A DNA stretch of 64,000 nt, taken from the NCBI GenBank assembly GCA_037447605.1, contig CM074808.1, positions 3,906,001-3,970,000 of the forward strand. The letters run 5' to 3'. Within the stretch, counting starts at the first letter, position 1, and the number at the start of each line of letters is the position of its first letter. Under the pieces are notes generated by a model that was given only the letters and a program-made list of their open reading frames with translations, had not been told where the DNA came from and searched no databases. This stretch comes from Zygnema circumcarinatum SAG 698-1b. Its lineage: Eukaryota > Plantae > Zygnematophyceae. This document shows positions 59,604 through 64,000 of this stretch, piece after piece. The position numbers and the translations under genes were made by a program.

Positions 59604-61153
59604 GGGGTGTGCAGTTGAGGTTCAGCCGAAGTCCTTCCGTTCCGTCGTCGCCAAAAAATTTCGTCGGTCCGTCAGAAAAGTCAGAAGGCCGGAGTTCATT
59701 CGGGGCCTCAAGAATCATTCAAAGGGAATTTTCACGGCAGTCGGGATCGCCTTTGAAACTGACAATAGAAGTGCCGGACTTCGGGCAGAGAAGCAGCTTC
59801 GACACGGAGGATGAATCTGAACCGGAAATACGTCCAAGTTCAGGCCTCGGAATGTGTCTCCCACAGGCCTCCACTCCCCCTCTCCCTCCGTCCCGTGGGA
59901 GCCATCGCCGACAGCAGTCAACCAGTGTCTTAGAACTGAAAAGTACCCCCCCTCCTCCAGCCCAAGAAATTCCCTTTTGGGCTCGAATTCCGGTCTCTAA
60001 TTCCAGTACTCCGGAAAGCTCTTCGGCGGCTTTAGTCCGAAAATCAAAAGCGCGGATTCAACGAACCCGGACGATTGTGATCGAAGTGGAGGGGGAGGAG
60101 TGTTCGGAAGACTCGCGGTACATTTCGGCGGTTTTGAACTCCCTCGGAAAGGGAAGCGTGGAGGATCAGAGAGATGTGGCGGCCATATTGAGGGGACTCA
60201 TAAAGAGGCAGGCACATAACAAGAGGAGTTTGGTGCTGTCCGGGGGCATTCCGACCCTTGTCAATGTGATGAATAAGTCGACAGACCCCGATACGGTCGA
60301 ACATGTCGTAACGATTCTTTTGAATGTCGCGAATTCGCAGCAATGTGAGAGTGAGCTAGCGGCTGCTAGTGGTTTCGAGGCCCTTGTGAAGGTGTTGAAG
60401 GGGGGCAACCCGGCAGCGAAGGCGAATGCTGCAGCGGCAATTTTTGTGTTGGGGGAGAATCCGGAGCATAAACTGCGACTATGTGAAGCTGGGGCCGTTC
60501 AACCGCTGCTTAAACTGATGGTTGGAGGTACCCCCAGAGGGAAGAAAGACGCAGCTCTTGCTCTTTTCCAGTTGACTCAGCACGCAGTGGGAGCTCGAGA
60601 AATGGCGGAAAGCGGAGGGGTGATGGCTCTCACCGGCTGTTTGATAGAGGGAGTGGAAGGGATGGAGGAGAAGGTCATGGCTGTGTTCGTGAACTTAGCC
60701 AAAATTCAGGAAGGGAGGCAGGCAGTCGAGGAAGAGGGAGGGATTGGGGCCCTCGTGGAGGTGATAGAGACGAGTGGGAGGAGGAGAGCGAGGGAGGATG
60801 CAGTAGGGGTTCTATTACAGTTGGCTACAACGAGCAGTTCGGCGTTCGATATCATCCATGGAGAGGCCCTAATGCCCTCCTTAGTGGCCCTAATGGAGAA
60901 GGGATCCTCTAAGGCGAGGTCCAAGGCGAAGGCCCTAATGGAGCTTTTGAGGACAGCTGGCACGCAGGGAGAGGACGCCTCGCAGTACGCCATGGCAGCG
61001 TCGGTGTCCTCCGCGGGAGGAGGGGTCAAGGTCGGGGCCATGGCCGCCCACACAATGTTGAATGGGTGGAAGGGAAGGCTGCCGCCGCTTACTGCGGAAA
61101 ATAACTCCCCTCGAAAAAATGGATGCTTTGGGTGCCTAGTGGGGCTCGAGTGA
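58671..61153 (+). CDS. Armadillo-repeat protein (PUB4-like ARM array, no U-box) with a long disordered N-terminus
   Basis: Exon 58671-59478 (AAG|GTGCGA) joins exon 59615-61153 in phase 0. ARM repeats include SGGIPTLVNVM, NPAAKANAAAAIFVL, GAVQPLLKLMVGGTPRGKKDAALALFQL and MPSLVALMEKGSSKARSKAKALMELLR. Exon 1 is also present at 57304-58111 in the duplicated copy. Confidence 0.9.
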
Positions 61154-63098
61154 GGGNNNNNNNNNNGGTGGGGTTTGGGGGGCTTCTATGGTACATAGTT
61201 CATGAGACCTAAGACTGACTGACATGGAACGTAAAGGTGGCCATGTTGTGTTGTGTTGTGTTGTGTTGTACTCTACGCGCCGCCGCAGCACACGCGTGCT
61301 TGAAAACGGCAATAAGTAATTTAAATCGCTAGCAAAATTCTTTCATTATTTAGGAATGAGTTCATTCGTTCAATCATATTTATAATTGCGTAGGGTTTAA
61401 GATTTAAGGGTTTAAGGGGTTAGGGTCCCATATAGATGGTTTGGGGTACATAGAGCATACGCTATTTTGTGTCTTTTTTAACCATGGCCGAAGAAGTGTT
61501 CATGGTTGCTGTCATAATGTGAGTGCAATGAGTCCCAAGGATGGGCTAGTGACGTTTGTTGTCGAACATATGATTGATCAAGTTTTGCTCCAAGTCGTGA
61601 AAGTTGTTGTTCGCGTGATGGCATGAGAGGAGCATGGTCACCGGTTCGGCCCAACACGGGCTCTAGAGCGCCTCCGGCGAACCCTGAACCCTGATAAAAC
61701 TTTGGCCGCCGACACTCGTGTCGGCGGTCATCGCTTGGCGGCTTATCGGAGCGCCGCGGCACCACGTGGCGCTTGCGCAGCGTACAAGCGGGGGACCAGC
61801 AAGCTGCTAAAATGTCGGTGTAATGTCGGTGCTAAGTAAAGTGTCGGCTCTGTCTGGAAAGATGTCGGTGCTGTGGCGGCGCACATTAACTGCCAGCCGG
61901 ACGCGACGGAGCAAACGATACTCGTATTCCACAACCGATAAAATGTTTTGTCGTCTATTGCAAGTTTGCAGACTGGCGTCCGAGTACATAGAAACAGATA
62001 AATCTTTGCATCGACCATGTGAATACTCATGTTTTGTCGTTTGTTTACCAGTGAAATCCACTGCCAGCTGTCTCCTTCTGGCAGTTGGATACCAGTACGG
62101 GCACCAGTCTGACAGGCCTAAAACGACAAATATCGTACTTTTTTGGACTACAAGAAACGTCAGCAGTCGCTGTGACGGTTGGCTTCAACTCGAAAGGGCC
62201 GCCTGTTATATACGACAAACTGACGTTGTACGGGCATGAAGACTTGGACACGTGGCCATTATGACTCGGTCACGTTGCACTTTGTCGGCCAGGGGTGACC
62301 CGAGCGCTGGCGGGCCGCAAACAGGCGGCGGGCGAGCGGGCGGGCGGGTATGTCGTATCTGTCCTGGACAAGGCGCCGGCGACGGGCTTTGGCGGCGGGA
62401 GGGCGGTTAACCGCGACGGCGGTCGCCGCGCCGTACAGGGAATCATGGCGAGAGCAATCCTTTCCCCGCCACTTTGTCCTATTCGGATTGCGGACAGAGG
62501 GAGCGCCGTTTGTCCAACGCCAAAAAACTATGAGACAACATGTGCCAACATGCGGGTTCATTGGTGTTGATGTTGTTGTTCTAGTAGTTGTTGTTGTTGT
62601 TGTTGCATGCATGCGTACAATGTTGCAGCCGCCACCCTATATTTTCGTACGATCGTACGTGTTTGCATCTCCGTACAATCCACGTGTCGATCCTTCGGCG
62701 CGGCTGCCAACTTCCGAAAAACATCAGTTGGCGAAATCGACGGCGTTGGATGCATGCGATCGCCACAGGCCCCTGTTCTCACGTCAACTTGTTATCCGAT
62801 TCAGGGCGCGTCGCGCCCATGTGAATGGTAAGGACAGTCCCACGGCAGGCCTGGCCGGCCGCACCTGTTCTATGTGAGACAAATCAACGGAGCTCTTTGA
62901 AAATCACAGTTTTTTGCAGACAGAACTTCGACACAGTTCGTTAAGCAGTTAACGACCGAACGTTAAGCAGTTCCAGGACAGGACTGGCCAGCTAGACCCG
63001 TTCCATGTGCGATAAATCGACGAATCTGTTCGACCGTTGCAGATTTCTGCCAGACAGATAGAACGGCGCATAGATCGTACGCCACGTGACACGCAATA

Positions 63099-63627
63099 CA
63101 GTGGGGGGTCCTCGTATTTACCACCCCAAGGAGTGCGTCCTCAATATTTTCGCCCCAATTTTGCCGAAACCACTTTTTTGTACGGTAACTTGTGTTAGCC
63201 GTACTGCTCGTACTGCTCGTACTGTTCGTACTGTCCGTACTATCTGTACTAGCCGTTACGGGCTTACGCAAATCGCACCTAATCTCCCCGCTCGTGCCGC
63301 CGTAAGAGGCGCTCGCTCTTCTCCCCGTCTTCTTGACTTCGATACGATAAGATACGATACGATACGGTCAATACGATACGAAACTCCCCGATGGCTGGAT
63401 GACGACAGTATGTACGACAGTATAAGCGTCACGATATGTCACGATACGATACGATGTTAAATGATACAGTACGATACGATACGGTAGGGTACGATACGTA
63501 CGGTTAAACATGAACTCTAACATAATACCGCCCGTCTATTCGTAACACGAACCTTATATATGCAAATTTAATATTTTCGCCTCATTTTGCCCGGAACCAG
63601 GGTGGAAAATATGAGGACCCCCTACTG
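63099..63627. mobile_element. Tc1/mariner-type MITE, same family as 43010-43432
   Basis: TA|CAGTGGGGGGTCCTCGTATTTACCACC ... GGTGGAAAATATGAGGACCCCCTACTG|TA. It shares internal blocks (CATGAACTCTAACATAATACCG, TTTTGCCGAAACCAC) with the nested copy. Confidence 0.85.
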
Positions 63628-64000
63628 TAGTAGCGAACCGTACGCTCACGATTGCGTCCGTCCGTACAGTGCCGTACCCCGTGCGGACGGGTCTCGCGTG
63701 GGCTTCCTTGTTGTTGTTGTTTGATGTTGTTCATGTTCGCTAGCAACATGAACAGGGCGGGAGAGGGAACAGGGAACAGGAAGGGCGGGAGAGAAGAACA
63801 ATCGAACAACAAGGTATGGGCCAAAAACAAAGGCACGCTACCAAAGGCACCACCAACAACAACCTTCAAAAAATCCCAAAAAATAAAACACACCAACAAA
63901 ACATATTGTTCACAAACTACGAAAATGTCTTCTTTTTCCTTCGTGAAAATGTGTACTCCGCTCAATAACCAACCAACCAACCAACCAGCCACGGCCTCAA

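Overview
Eukaryotic nuclear DNA, most likely from a streptophyte green alga or early-diverging plant. This is inferred from gene content, GT-AG introns and GA/CT- and telomere-like intronic repeats. It is a draft assembly with 10-N gaps and one 100-N gap. Nine spliced protein-coding genes can be reconstructed: an ARM-repeat protein (5' end off-window), a SERK/LRR-II-type receptor kinase, plastid RNase E/G, a P-class PPR protein with an extra CCHC zinc knuckle, a GH3 beta-glucosidase, PELP1/Rix1, a Bin3/MEPCE RNA methyltransferase, an INTS6 homolog interrupted by the 100-N gap, and a second ARM-repeat protein. The 41.9-46.7 kb intergenic region is a dense nest of non-autonomous DNA transposons with readable TIRs and TSDs. 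A hAT shell carries a foldback, a ~620-bp perfect palindrome with a Tc1/mariner MITE in its exact centre, and an ANT-TSD MITE. Introns show strand-polarised simple repeats: G-rich or telomere-variant arrays after donors and C-rich complements before acceptors. Most six-frame ORFs not listed here are microsatellite translations. No rRNA, tRNA or CRISPR features were recognised.
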